A stretch of DNA of 64,000 nt. Origin: Amoebidium appalachense. Its lineage: Eukaryota > Protista > Ichthyosporea. Of this stretch, positions 40,255 through 53,622 are shown piece after piece. The DNA is taken from positions 682,001 to 746,000 of the forward strand of contig CAVNZM010000012.1 in NCBI GenBank assembly GCA_963693365.1, given 5' to 3'. The notes beneath the pieces were generated by a model. It was given only the letters and a program-made list of their open reading frames with translations. It ran no database searches and was not told the origin of the DNA. The first letter of the stretch is position 1, and each line of letters opens with the position of its first letter. The position numbers and the translations under genes were made by a program.

Positions 40255-41147
40255 CCCGTTTGGTTGGTGGGGTTACACGTGCAAGTGAAATGTTCGAAAC
40301 TCGGGTTAATGTGTGGATGGCTTGGGCCCCCATGAGAATGGGCCCTTCATCTGATGCATGCTCCCTGTTTGTATACCTTCTTTTGGTAATAACTGTGGTT
40401 GTTTTTCGATCGTGAATGTTAGCTTCATATCCGTAACACATTCATAACCCCCCCCCCCCCCCCCCCTCTTCCCTTTTCGGTGTGTGTGTGTGTGTGTGCG
40501 TGTGGTGTTTCTTTGTTTTGTTTTTTGTTGGTTGGTTGGTTGGTTTTTTGCTTTTGCTTTTGCTTTTTGTTTTTTAATGGGTGTTCATGCACTGACTATT
40601 ATTTTTGTGGGTGTTCATGCACTGACTCTCCCTCCTTTGCAGTGACATGGATGCAGCGCAGCAGGCCCGGCTGCAACTTCTATCAGGTGGAGACAAGAGC
40701 AAGAAGGTGGCCATGATGAATGCATCGGCAGTGGCCGCAGCCCAGAGACCTAAGAAGGGCCCTGAGGGCATGATGGGGGCTATGGGTTATGCTAACCCCA
40801 ACTCGCTTTTGCTCACGTACGACCAGAGGGCTAGGCAGGCCGCCGCACAGCAACCCCAACAGATGCAAGCAGCCGCCGCACAGCAGAGGCTTGCAGGGGC
40901 ATACGGGCAGATGGCTTATCCCCAGGCAATGCCTGCGCTGGGACAGTACCAACCCGGATACCCCGCACATGCACCCCAGGCATATGCACCACATATGCAG
41001 GCATACGGTCAGCCCACATACGATATTCTTCCCCCCCTGCCCATGGCTCAACCCCCACCTCAGGACGGGCAGCAGGCGGATGCGTTGCTGCGTCTGTCTA
41101 TGCAGCAGAGGGGATTGTGGCCGGGTCAGCAGCAGACGTATTCGTAG
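36818..41147 (+). CDS. Hypothetical nuclear protein (acidic N-terminus, CxxC + coiled coil, basic region, MBD-like segment, Gln/Ala/Pro-rich tail); exons 36818-37070, 38634-38839, 39495-39677, 40003-40136, 40643-41147
   Basis: Five exons join in frame at GT-AG sites with codon usage like the neighbouring genes. Function not recognised. Confidence 0.8.
39261..39444. mobile_element. 184-bp MITE, Tc1/mariner-type, intronic
   Basis: 33-bp terminal inverted repeats cagtgcttgcaccgtctttctgcaccaatc(a/g)ga with one mismatch, TA on both flanks, and an inner inverted pair tgattggctgg / ccagccaatca. Confidence 0.88.
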
Positions 41148-42326
41148 TGTGTATGTACGTGTTTGTGCCTGTAGGCACTTGTGTGTGTGTGTTTTGGGGG
41201 GGGGTGGCAGAGTGCTTGTTTTTCAACGAGCGGCCAAAAAAAAATTGTGTGGGTGGTAGGGTTTACAAAATCTCGTACTTGTTTTTTGTATTGTTTTGTT
41301 CGTTCGCCTGTTTTTTTGTGTTGATTTTGTTTTTTCGTGTATTAGGTAATCTTCTCTAATGGTATTGTGTGTACGCACCTAATTAGCACGTGTGCATGTT
41401 AACTATTTCTAAGTGAACGGCCTTTGTTGAAGATAAAAAACACAAGCACTGTGTTCACAGCTGAAACCTAGCAGTGTGTGTGGGTATACTTGTGGCTACA
41501 TAGCTTGTGGGGTACCTTGAATATTGATGTGTACGTGCTCACTTTTGAAAATGCACTGTAGTGCAAACCAGCAATTAGAAAATTAAAGTTTCCAATCAAC
41601 CGTGAGAGAAAGAGGCGTGATGCTGTACAACAAAGGAGCTGCTCTCAGTGTGTCCCCCCCCCCTTCCCTCCCCCAAGCACATATTTGTTCACACACACTC
41701 CCCCTCGCTCGAGCTCTTTCTCTCTGGCTCACTCACTCATACACTGGAGGGGAAAAAGGGGGAGGGCTGGGTAAGGCCTAAATAAAATTTTATGCTGAGG
41801 CTCAGTACCTACTGCAAAACACATGATTGTGTGCTGTCACTACAGTATGCCCTAATACAGTAATAACACCCGGCGGGCCCCATCCAAAGTAAAAGCTGCG
41901 CATACGTAGTATGTCGATCGGAAACACGGGGTCAAATATGGGCCCGGGGGGGGGGGGAGCCTGAGGGCACGTGCGCATGAATTGCTGATAAGGAAGGGTG
42001 GGTGGGCAGGAGGGGCACACTACAGATTTTGAAAGGAACCGTCCGCGAGGACCTCGAGGTGGGCGAAGGGGGATCTAATCAACACATGTACAATCATTTC
42101 GAAATCTACCGCTAAAATGCCCCTGCCTCCCCACTTTGTTGCCGGCTTGCCTGATGAATTAAGCCTTGCCAAGTAGCGACCCTAATCAAGATCATCGGGC
42201 ATTGACAGGCAACTCTAGCTACTGTACCCGTTAACAACTTGAACTATTTTCAAAGGCTTCTAATCCTCTACCGGGACTTCCCCCCCCCCCTCTCCCCCCC
42301 CCCCCCCCCTCCCCCCCACACACGCG

Positions 42327-42369
<43 letters not shown>

Positions 42370-42377
42370 GTGTACAC

Positions 42378-42452
<75 letters not shown>

Positions 42453-42457
42453 TACAC

Positions 42458-42506
<49 letters not shown>

Positions 42507-42578
42507 ACCACGAACAAAAGCACAACTTAATTTACTTCAAAATTGAATATTAACCCCTTCCCTTCCCACTACGTACCC

Positions 42579-42611
<33 letters not shown>

Positions 42612-43244
42612 TGCAAAGATATTGTTTCAAAGGTGCCCATTCATATACAATCGCACCATAACGCCAACCGCAAAAACACAATCGTCAGAATATAAACATG
42701 TGGGCATACATATGCATGCCAGTAATCAAACCGTTCCCCCGCCCTCCTCTCAGGCACACACACACACACACACACACCCATGCATGGACAGTGGCACATG
42801 CACACCTCCCCCCCCCCCCCCCCCCCCCTCCCCCCATCCCCGCTTCCCCGCGGCCCTCCACAAAATCAAACAATCATAGTTAAAACAAGGCATATTGCTT
42901 CTCTTCCCCAGGTTCATCCATGGTCATGATGATATTAGCAGTCTAAGAGCAGTGAAACTCCAATACTGCTGCACAGTCAAACAGGTTAGGGGCTAAACGA
43001 ATGAGTGTGACAGGCCTTTACGGAGAATGTAAGGCCCTTGTTTTGTGTTTTGTGTTTTGTTTTTGTTGTACACGTGCACATGTGCCACACCGGAGTAATT
43101 ACACGGTGAGCAAATGTCAACTGAGATTGCAGTCAAACCCCTCCCCCTCCCCCCTCCCCCCTCCCCCTCTCCCCCCCTTCTTACATCCTCCCCACCTCCC
43201 TCCCCCCCCTCCCCCCGGCCCCCCTCCCCTTCCCCCCGCCCCCC

Positions 43245-43281
<37 letters not shown>

Positions 43282-44911
43282 CTCTAGAGCCCGTGCACAT
43301 GTATGGTTACTCCGACAGGAATTGGGATCTTTACAGCTCCCCCCCTCCACCCCCCCCAAACACCCACACAATAACGCACTTTCTCCCCTCCCTCCTCTCA
43401 CCACCACAACCACCACCCATACACACGGAGACGCCCACCCCGCCCCCACCTCCAGCCCCCACCCCAATCCCTATATCCAAACGAGAGGCCTAAGTTGATA
43501 TAGAAAGACAGGATCCCTACAGATTCTGCATTCAAATTGCTGATTTGGGGGGGTCTACATATCCCAACCTAGGCGATTTTTTTTTCTTTTTTCTTTTGAC
43601 TGGATTTATTCGACGGAAAGATATGCAAGTATGCACGGCATACTTAAAAAAACTTCACGAGTTATCCAGTAACAAGTGCATACTGAGATACCTGAACACT
43701 GTGTGAAAATCATATAAATACTCAATGTGACGACCAACAGAATTCAACAAAAGTCTAGGCGATTGCCTACTGATGATTTCATGATGAATTTAATTCTTTC
43801 AGGACATTTGGGCACAAAAATTTATCCAGCTGTTCAGTTATGTTGCAGCGGTGACATTTACAAACTTTAGGCCGGCCTAGTATTTAATGATGATCGATGC
43901 CACAAAAAAACATACATTATTTGCTGAATACTTCTTTTTTCGCTTCTATTTGCAGCAGCACGGCGTCGCATCCATTTCAGCCCCCCCTCGTCCCCCCCCC
44001 CTCCCCCCCCCCCCCACACACACATCCTCCAAAGTTTCCCCGGCGCCGCCCCCTTGCCGTCCCGGGCCCTCACGCTCTATAGCTTCCCACTTCCCATCAT
44101 CGTTTCCATATGCTCCCCCATCCGCCTTATTATATCTCCGACATAAGTCATGTTTTCTCGGCCACCCCAGCAATCCTTACTAAATAGTACGGTACGCCCC
44201 CTCCCCCCCCCCCCCCTCCCCCCTCCCCCCCCCCCCCGGCCTCCCACCCTCCCCGTTTAGTCAGCCTCAAGACGCTTTTCCGCCATTCCCTTCCCCCCCT
44301 CCCCCCCTCCCCCCCTCCCCACCCCACCATCACCACCACCACCACCACCACCCGCCCCAGGGGCGAAGAGCTCGCCCAACTCGTCCTCCTTCACTTGGCA
44401 GCCGCCAGCACTATCACCTCCTTCAACACCCATCCCCCCCCCCTCCCCTTCACCCCTCCCCCCCCCCCCCTCCCCCCCTCCTCCAACCCCTTCCGCCACC
44501 TTTTAGCACCCACAATTTTCCCGGTCCATAGCCTCTCCCGTCCTCCCCCCACTGCACCCTCCCCCCCCCCCCCCCCCCCCCCCCCCCCAGATCGGATGGC
44601 GGATGTCATTGAACGGTTACCCAATCAAAATTAGCGGCTGCCAACTATTTACGCGCGTTGTTTGGCAGGTGGCTAACCACAATAATTTTATCACCTTACT
44701 GGCTAACTTTTTTAGCTGCAGCGCTGCCTGCAGGACTACTATAGTATTTCTACAAAACAATATAGTAAAAATTATAGCTTTTATGATATTCCTACTTTTT
44801 TAGTTGTTTCATATGTATGTTTCGCGACCAGCAAAGCGCTTTTGAGGGATGGTAACATCGCTGTAAACTAAGCCGGTCCCAAAGACCATAATGCTCCCTC
44901 CCCCATCCTCC

Positions 44912-44945
<34 letters not shown>

Positions 44946-46331
44946 ACCGCCTCCCCCTCTCTTTCCGTCAACAATTCATCAGCACCACCAATATTCTCCA
45001 CTCAGGGGCACATACACACATCGTATGTCTAATCCCGAGTACACTGTCGTGGTCTTTTTTAATAAAGTTTTCTGCATGCAAGGTTGCTAGTAGTTGCTAA
45101 ATAAGATAATTGCTATTAGTAGATCCCCCTTGACGTGGATTATTTCTCCTGTTCGCTGTTCTCTCACCTTTGACACCTTGCACTCCATCCTAAGTCGAAA
45201 GATATGATTGTGAATGTGTGTGTGATGTGTGTGTGCGTGTGTGCGTGTGTGTGCTTGAGTGTGCATGTGTGCGCACACACATGTGTGTCGTGTGCGATCG
45301 CGTGCACGCATGCGTGTTCGTTTCACTGTGTGCATGTGTGGTGTGTGCGTGTGCATGCGGCTCAATGACATGGCAACAGCGTGCACGTGCATTTATAGGG
45401 CCATTTCTCTGCTTACGCAAGTACACACAACATAACCCCCTCCACACACTCATGCATACCAACCTATGAGCCAATATTGCTTCACTACCCGCACAGTCAA
45501 GCTGTGTTTTTTGGCTCCGGCTCCGGAAAAACAACTGGGAGCATCAGAGAGAGCAAGTTTCCTCAGACTGCCAACAAGGGGTGTCTCATTACTTAACAGT
45601 ATTCTCGAACCCCGGGGGGGGGGAAGGGGGGGAGGGGGGGGAGGGGGGGACAGACAGAAACCATATAAGAGGTTGGGGATATACTTTAGGCCCTCCGTCC
45701 TCTAACCGTCAGTACTCCTATGAGGATTGGGGATAAGTTTATGCCATCATGATGATGTGCTCTATATTCTAGGGTTTGCGAAGGAAAACGTATCAAGTGG
45801 CAAGGGGAGCTGGCAGCGGCCGGGAGGGGGGAGGGGGAGGGGGGGAAGGGAGGAGAGAATGGATTGGAAAGGATAGGAGGGGGGTGAGGGGAGGGGGGGG
45901 GGGGGAGGGGGGCCGAGAAGGAAGGGGAGAGGGGGGGGGGGGGGGGGTCCGGAGGGGGGAACGATTGGTCATTACTATTGGACTTGTGATTTTTCTCTTC
46001 ATTTTCTTTTAGTATTAACGTAGTTCTTTATTTAATTTTTGGGGGAAGGGAGGTTAGGGAAAGGACATGTAGACACACGTGTGTGTATCCTGTGCGTGTG
46101 TGTGTGTGTGTGTGTGTGTGGGGGGGGGGGGGGAGGGGGAAGGGGAGGGGGGGGGGGGGTGGGGACGGGAAAGGGGGAGGGGGGGGGGGAGATGGGGGTA
46201 CAGAGTACTACGAAGTTACACTGTACACATTGAGAATGTGCAGCACAAAGCAAATCCGATGCAAAATACACATGGAGATTCAATGATGATAAGTTTCTAT
46301 TCTCTTCTGTTTCTTCCGGTCCTTTGTGCCC

Positions 46332-46414
<83 letters not shown>

Positions 46415-46603
46415 ACCCCCTCTTCCCCCCAAAGCACACACACACACACCACCACCCCCCGTCATGACGGACAATACTGTATCATTTAGAGTTTCTTTTC
46501 TTTCCTGTTTTTTCCTTTTTGCCCCCCGGCCCCCTCTCACCCACACCCACCCCACTTCACGACGGACAATACGGCAAAGCACACACGAGGAAGGGGGAAA
46601 AAA

Positions 46604-46650
<47 letters not shown>

Positions 46651-46825
46651 GGGGGGGGGGGGGGGAATGGGGATTAGAGGACACCTAGCATAGACGACGA
46701 TATATATTTTTCTCATTTTCCCGTCCCCCCCTTCTCCCCCCGCCCCCACTCCCCTTCCCCAGGGCCCCTCCGGATCCTCCTCTCCCCTGTTTTTGAAAAG
46801 TGTGGGAGGTGGTGGTGGTGGTGAA

Positions 46826-46866
<41 letters not shown>

Positions 46867-47133
46867 GGAAGGGCTGAACTTCAAGGAGGGAGGAGAGAGG
46901 ATACGGAGAGGGGTCAGAATGTACGACAGAATACTGTAGTTACAATGACAGACAGAATTTTGCAGATTCTGCACAGCACACACTACACACACAGGGTCTG
47001 CAACGCAAGCAGGGCCATTTATTCACCTCGTGCATGTAACCAACTCAGACACGGGTTCACTGTATGGGCCACCCGTCTTTATCAGAGACGAGCCAGGTTA
47101 GTAATGGGGGCCGGAGGAGTAGGAGGTGGTGGT

Positions 47134-47200
<67 letters not shown>

Positions 47201-47839
47201 CGGCTGCTTCCCTTACACCAGATTCAACTCGCATCTACTCTTTTACCAAACTTTAATGCCAATACTTCCCGTGCTTTGACAGGACATGGAGACTGACCGA
47301 ACAAACAGGAGGGAAGGGGAGTGTGTGTTTGTGCATGCGCGTGTGGGGTGGTAGTGGTGGTGTGGTGATGGAGGGTGTGTGTGTTTCGAGGGGGGAGCAT
47401 GGGTGTGTCTTATGATGGTCGTGGTTCTGGGTTTGAAATGCGTTACAGGAGTGCAAAATGCACGTTCATTCGGACAACACAATGCCGAATGAAAAACACG
47501 CAAAGAGTATGCATGGGGGGGGGGGGGGAGGGGGGAGGTGGGGTGATTCTTGTCTAAGTGTCGACATATTATGGGGCCTCAGTTCAAGTCGATGTGTCAA
47601 CTTTTATTCAGTTCGAACTGACATAATTTAGCTCATACGGGAGGATGAAAGCTTGCAACCACCATTTCTAACTGAAGTACCCGCACAAGTTATTTTTAGC
47701 TTCCCCCCCTTCCCCATACAACCTTCCGGAGGTTCCCTGCAGGGCTTACGTTTTAATGCCATGTTCAATACTCAAGCTACCTCCCCGTAGATGTTCACAA
47801 AGGGGCAGGAGAAGAGGGGGGGGGGGGGGGGGGGGGTGG

Positions 47840-48517
47840 TTTGAATGCGTCAAAAAGTACGAAGTACACAAGAACAAACGGATAACACGATGCAGAATGC
47901 AAGCCATACATAAAGAGTATGCATAATAAGCAGAGCCCATCCTCAGGGGGGGCCCACGTCATCCACAGTACCCGAGTTTCGACCTATTCCCCTCGTTAAC
48001 GAAACCCAACTCAGATACTGTTTCACTTGAACATGAGTAGGTCACCCGTCTTGATCAGAGACGAGCAGGGTTGCTTATGCAGGCAAGGGCAGTGGGAAAG
48101 GCCGGGGGTTAAAGTTGCAGCAGTAAGCAGAAGCAAGAAAAATATAGATAGGAACTCAGGAGACGGGGCTTCTAGGAAGCTCCCCCGTCGATACCTAAGT
48201 CGATACTTCCCTGGCTAACATACTACACCAGCTGAAAAGAATTAAGTCCCGAAGGCCACAGAATTCGTAATCAGAGGGGAAAATATGAGATTTGACCCAC
48301 GCCGCAGGGTAGTAACACGCTTACTAGGGCGGAACTTTATCGTCTTCGAACGGAAAGCTATGCCCCCGGATGTCAGCCGGAAATATGGTATCACCCATTG
48401 CTTTGGGCTTGAAAAAAGCCAAACCGATAGTCCGAGTTATGTTACGCCGGCGGGTAACATGCCGCATGGGTTCCAAGGGAGCTGTCGCCAACAGAGCGGT
48501 GTGTGCATGCGTGCGCG
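47840..48517 (-). mobile_element. 678-bp interspersed element, copy 2
   Basis: Reverse complement of 9891-10568 with the same two boundaries. The ORF track gives identical peptides. Its 3' end runs into a G-tract on the plus strand (poly(C) on the element strand). Confidence 0.8.
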
Positions 48518-48640
48518 TAACGCAATGTGTGAAGTGTGTCTATAGCTATGAAAGGGGGTATGCAGAAGTGGACAGATGAAGTGTGTGGAGAGAAAAACAG
48601 TAAGAAGAAAAGTAGACACCGGTATGTGCAACCCCGCACA

Positions 48641-48675
<35 letters not shown>

Positions 48676-48772
48676 AATAAGCGAAGATTACAGGTAATCA
48701 ACCAGAACAACAAATGACAAGCAAAACAACAGGCGCCAAAAAAAAAAAAAAAAAAAAAAAAAAAAGGAGGAA

Positions 48773-48778
<6 letters not shown>

Positions 48779-48866
<88 letters not shown>

Positions 48867-48900
48867 GGGAGAGAGGGAGAGAGGAGAGAGAGAGAGGGGA
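48779..48900. repeat. (AG)n microsatellite (a similar (CT)n lies at ~21098-21168)
   Basis: Direct reading. Confidence 0.9.
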
Positions 48901-49206
48901 GGGGGGGGGGGGGGGGGGGGGGAGGGGGAGGGGGGAACTCAGAACACTTCAGAAGGCACAAAGAGAATGAGGTACACAAACTATTGTAAAAGGTACAAAC
49001 ACGAGAAACGTAAAGCACTTAAGACTCTTAGAGCACCATGCAGACAGCAACGGGTTGGGTACCTGGGGGGCTAAAAAGGGCTGCATACAGAGACACAAAG
49101 GTTCGTTCGATTGGGTGTGGATCTACCACACCTAGAGTGTTTATTCGACGGCAGAATATTATATATCTCTGAAATATTTCTAATAGCATATCGTTCGTTA
49201 TGTCCT

Positions 49207-50291
49207 TCACTCATCGTCCTTGGTACCAGACTTCAGCACCTTGACAAACGTCATGTAGTTGAAGTCCTCGTTCTCAATATGGTTGCCGCGCATAATCTCT
49301 TCTATCTCTTCCTCGGTCATGCGGTCACCCATAGTGGTGAGGTACTCGCGTAGAACATCAATAGGCACTTTGCCCTTGCCACCCTCGTCGAAGCACTCGA
49401 ATGCTTGCCTGATGGTGCCTTCTGGATCCGAGCCTACAAGCTTTTCACCAAACAGCGTCAAGAACATAGTGAAGTTAAGCTGTGATGAGCCGGGAGCCTC
49501 GGCAAGCATCTCCTCGAGCTGAGCGTCCTTGACGTCTAGCATGCCTGGAGGGGAGACATGAAGGTTAGCGGATTTTATATTATTTCAAAGGAGCGCACAA
49601 GCCCTTCAAGGTTCTACAAAAGACACAGCAGATGCTAACAAACAGCCACAGGAACTGCAACCGACACGCTACAAGGAAAGCTTGGAAACGCTGGCAATAG
49701 TTATCCCGGCACACACTACTCACCGAGAGAGTTGTAGGTCTCCTCCAGATCTGCCTTGCTGATGAAGCCGTCGTGATCATAGTCGATCAGGTTGAAGGCT
49801 TCCTTGAACTCAGCAATTTGCTCCTGGTCGAACATCGCGAAGATGTTCGAGGAGGCGCGCTGGGCGCGCTTCTTCTTGGTCTTGCGGGAAGCCTGTGGAC
49901 ATTGACATATTAGCACAAAAGCAAAAGATCTTGTGCTACCCAAGCACAGAGACCGTTTCAATGCCCAGCAGAGAGGACGTGTGTCGTATTATAACTTGCG
50001 TTGTCGGCTAAATCTGGACGTTCTTTCTTTAAAGCCGTTGTGCTAACAAACAATGCTGCTCAGGGCACACCTTTACCATCCTGGCACTTATCGACTCAAA
50101 GGGACTGCTGCTCCCATTCTTCTAAAATCTTGGTGAAAGCATTCTATTGCATCACTGGGAACTCCACCCTTTCGAGTTTGTTGACCCATTTACATAAATG
50201 AAATGTTTCGCAGCAGAAGTTGAGAAGAAACAGGTGCATAAAAAGCGACATATCTCCGCACACCAGAGGGAGGGGTGGTGTTGCTCACCAT
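49207..50291 (-). CDS. MYL12: Myosin II regulatory light chain; exons 50291-50289 (ATG only), 49892-49724, 49544-49207
   Basis: [69 protein letters not shown]. The ATG-only first exon is inferred from aagATG|gtgag in phase 0. Confidence 0.93.
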
Positions 50292-51550
50292 CTTGTTAGG
50301 TCTCTATCTGGTTTGGTTGCAAGGGCAAATGAACCACAGCCGGTTTTATACTGGTGCCTGGCGCATTTTCCCAATTTGGAAAGTTGCGCTCTGACCGGCT
50401 AAAAGGACAACCACAACAGCATTTTCTGGTGGTCTCTGGACCAATCGAAACGCTTTGTATCAATGCGTTTTGGAGCCAGGCGCACCCGCAGCAAGTTCGA
50501 CGACAAATGCACAGCCTATTTCACATGCAAATGAAGCATCAGCCTGCTTCTATACACCTTAAAAACATTGAATTATATTTATGTCCCAGGTATGAGTTTT
50601 TTATCTTGTTTTTTTTTGTATTCATGGATTTCTGCCGTATGCGCCACAAGGGCATTTCCTGCTCCAACATCAACGCCAAAACGGGTCCTGCTCATTGGTT
50701 TCATATCACTCAGGTCACCGTGCCTCGTAATGCGCATACATATTCGGCGACAGAGAAGCATGACTTGTGATTAGCTCTGAACCAATCGTCGTGCTTCTAA
50801 GCCGTGGCTTTTAGAGCAACGTGACGCAGTTTTCCCAGGCTGCTCTGCTGCTGCAGAAAAAAGATAGGCCTGCCCAGTGCCCAGGCGAATGGACAACTGT
50901 GACGTAAAAGGAAAGAGCAAAATAAACATGACAATATTTGAGAAAGAGAGGGGATTGAGAAAGAGAGGGGATTTAGAGTAGCCAAGTAGGGATCAAACAT
51001 CTAGAGCAGAAATAGAGCGAAACCATGAGACCAAACCGGTTATTCGCGTTCTTTGCTCGCGAAATTTGTTGGCAGGGACCTAGCTGCTTTTTCATTTTTT
51101 CCATTCCTCGCGCCTGTCACCAGTGACTGTATACGTAGATAGAAAACCAAGCTTCCCGTCAAGTGCAAGAGTTCATGATGGAATTCAAATCAAACAAAAA
51201 AACGGGACCCATGAGGCAAAGAGAAAGAGGCACCAAACGCCAAGTCCACATGTAGCCGTAATGCTTTGCTTTTGGGATTCTAACGCGTAGTTTCACGAAT
51301 ACAACCTTAGTGGGCTAGGCTGCTTTGTTCGCGCTAATTCCCTCGAAGTTTCGTGTGCGCGTCAAGGTTGTTGGTGCATAGCTTGAATTCGTGCGCACAT
51401 CTGTCTAGTTAGGCTGGGTATTGCTGCTTCTAGATCTTTCACACATTCTCCACTTTCTGCGGATAGTGTTTTTTTTTGGTTTATATTTTCTAATTGTGTT
51501 GGTGGTGTGATTTGTTTGATCTGTTTGTTAAGGAGTTGTGTGAGAGTTTT

Positions 51551-51606
<56 letters not shown>

Positions 51607-51929
51607 GTGTGCGTGCGCACGCGCGCGGGTGGGTGGGTGGGTGGGGGGGGGGGGGGGGGAGGGGGGGGGGAGGGAGGGAGAAAAGTACTTAAAATTTCGA
51701 CTTTATTGCCATGCTTAGTTGAGGCTGAGCAACCAGTGCAGGCTTAACTATCACTTGATATATAGCTATCATATACCGGCATAGCCGGCGCTTATGCTTT
51801 CTACCACTAGTATTATAAGAGTGCATTGGCCATTTCTGGTGTAGCCACCGTCAACAAGTTTGCTTTGGTAGTTCTTGAGGATGTTACACTCCATTTCGTA
51901 CAAAATGTATACCTATTCAGGCTAGCTCA

Positions 51930-53622
51930 TCAATACCACCCCAATACCCCGCTTATCAAACCACCTACAGCCAAAGCAATAGCAGTGCACACTTCCGGGC
52001 CCCCAGCATGTCTTTGAGCTGCCGAGCTACTCTGTGAAACCACTGCGTTTGAAGATCCAGAGGGCACACGTACGCCCACACAGTCTTGGTCTGCACTATC
52101 GATAAAACCATCACAGTCGTTGTCCACACCATCCCCACAATCAGTCTCCTTGTTAGCGTTATAGTTCCCGCACACACCACCCACATCCACACACACCTCG
52201 TCTTGATTTTGCTTGCCATCTGAGCACGAGCCCTTTGTCATAAAGGGATAGCTCCAGACTTTCTGGCCTTCTTTGTTTGCATCCTGCGCTATAAACATCT
52301 GGCATCCGTAAATGGCCGTGCCCTCCTGTCCAGGCCCGGAGCCACGGGGGAACTCAGCAGCCCACTTCAGAAAAGTGCCGTTTGGTGCAAACGCCTGAAA
52401 ATGACTAAAGTTAGTGGTTATCCTTGTACGGTTATTGCGCATGTGAACAAGGCAAGGTTCCCGGAGTACAACTATATTAATAACCACGGCTTAGCACAAG
52501 AGACGTGTTCAGTTCCTGTGCTCCCCTGCAGTCGCTTCTTTCGTTCAACTTTGTACTGGCATTGAGTTCCCTGACCCACAGTACCCCAAAAACAAATGGG
52601 CTTGTATGTACGAACATAATATTAGATAGCTATGCAGCCAGATGTTAACCAGGTGAATCTTTTTTTTTTTTTTGCCCCAAGATTTTGACATTAGATGCGC
52701 CCAGGCAAAAAGCATTCACAAAGGACAGAAGCATACATACCATAATCTGCTTGTCTTGGCTCGAGCCCACATACATCACACCGTTTGTGCTTCCCCCAAT
52801 GGTAGATGCCGCGTCGTAGGAAAGTGATGTGACCTCTTTCATGCCATATGCCCTCACGTCTATGCGCATACCACAGTTCAGGTTATCAAATATCTGAGTG
52901 GTAGGTTTGTGGCACTGGCCAACAATTACACCTGCAGACTGGTCGCCAAAATAAAACGTCCCCTCAGCGGGCACGGAAGGGTTGTCCGGCACAAACACTC
53001 CTGCCTCCATACCCCTTTCTGCGTTAAGAATCCCTCCGGGGAAAGCAAACTGCCATATGGCGTCTGCCTGCCCATTGGTTGCATCCACCTCCGTTACTTG
53101 CGCAAACCCGGGTCCCTTCAGCCCAAACTCCTGACCGATGTATATCTTGTCACTGGTGGGATCAGCCACCATCACCACCTCATTGTCTCCTGGGCTGTTG
53201 AAGCATTGTGCACTCGTGCCATCCAAAGATATAAGTGCATACTCACCCTCATCGCTTACCACCACCAGCTTGTTTAGTTTTGGGTGCACGACGGCATCGC
53301 TAGGGCCGAAATTCTTGTTGCATTTGTGACCACGGTTAGTGCTGCTCCCGCTGAAATCCCAGAATAGCTTCCCGTCTTTCTCGCTGAATGCAGGGCTACT
53401 ACCAGGGGAACAGGTGGGTTGGTTGTTCACACACTGTGATGTGTTAATGGTGCAGTCAGGGTTACAAGCTAGGTTGCCGGCGCGGAAACCAAGAGACGAG
53501 CAAGTCGCACCTTTGAAGTCTGTGCCGTCACATTGACATGCAGCTGTGCCTGTACGAGCAACACCAGCTATGCCCAACAGAGAGAGGGCAACCTTAGGCT
53601 TAGTCATTCCTTTGAGCTTCAT
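51930..53622 (-). CDS. Secreted/anchored protein with SdiA-regulated/YjiK-like beta-propeller and bacterial-type Cys-rich repeats; exons 53622-52741, 52394-51930
   Basis: Signal-like N-terminus, CDGTDFKGATCSSLGF..GNLAC...C repeat, propeller-like motifs (LVVVSDEG, IYIGQE, GMEA, QEG), CSDGKQNQDE and ETDCGDGVDNDCDGFIDSADQDC, hydrophobic C-terminus. One phase-0 GT-AG intron. Family names are from recall. Confidence 0.82.

Noticed and set aside
43870-44640. GC-rich coding-like fragments on the minus strand (e.g. VKEDELGELFAPG)
   Set aside because: Interrupted by stops and G-runs, with no consistent splice path or recognisable domain. May be an eroded gene or low-quality consensus.
9891-48517. The inverted 678-bp copies as TIRs of one 38-kb composite element (Polinton/virus-like)
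   Set aside because: No TSD outside the pair, the interior holds ordinary intron-rich housekeeping genes with no integrase, polymerase or capsid, and a third partial copy lies elsewhere.
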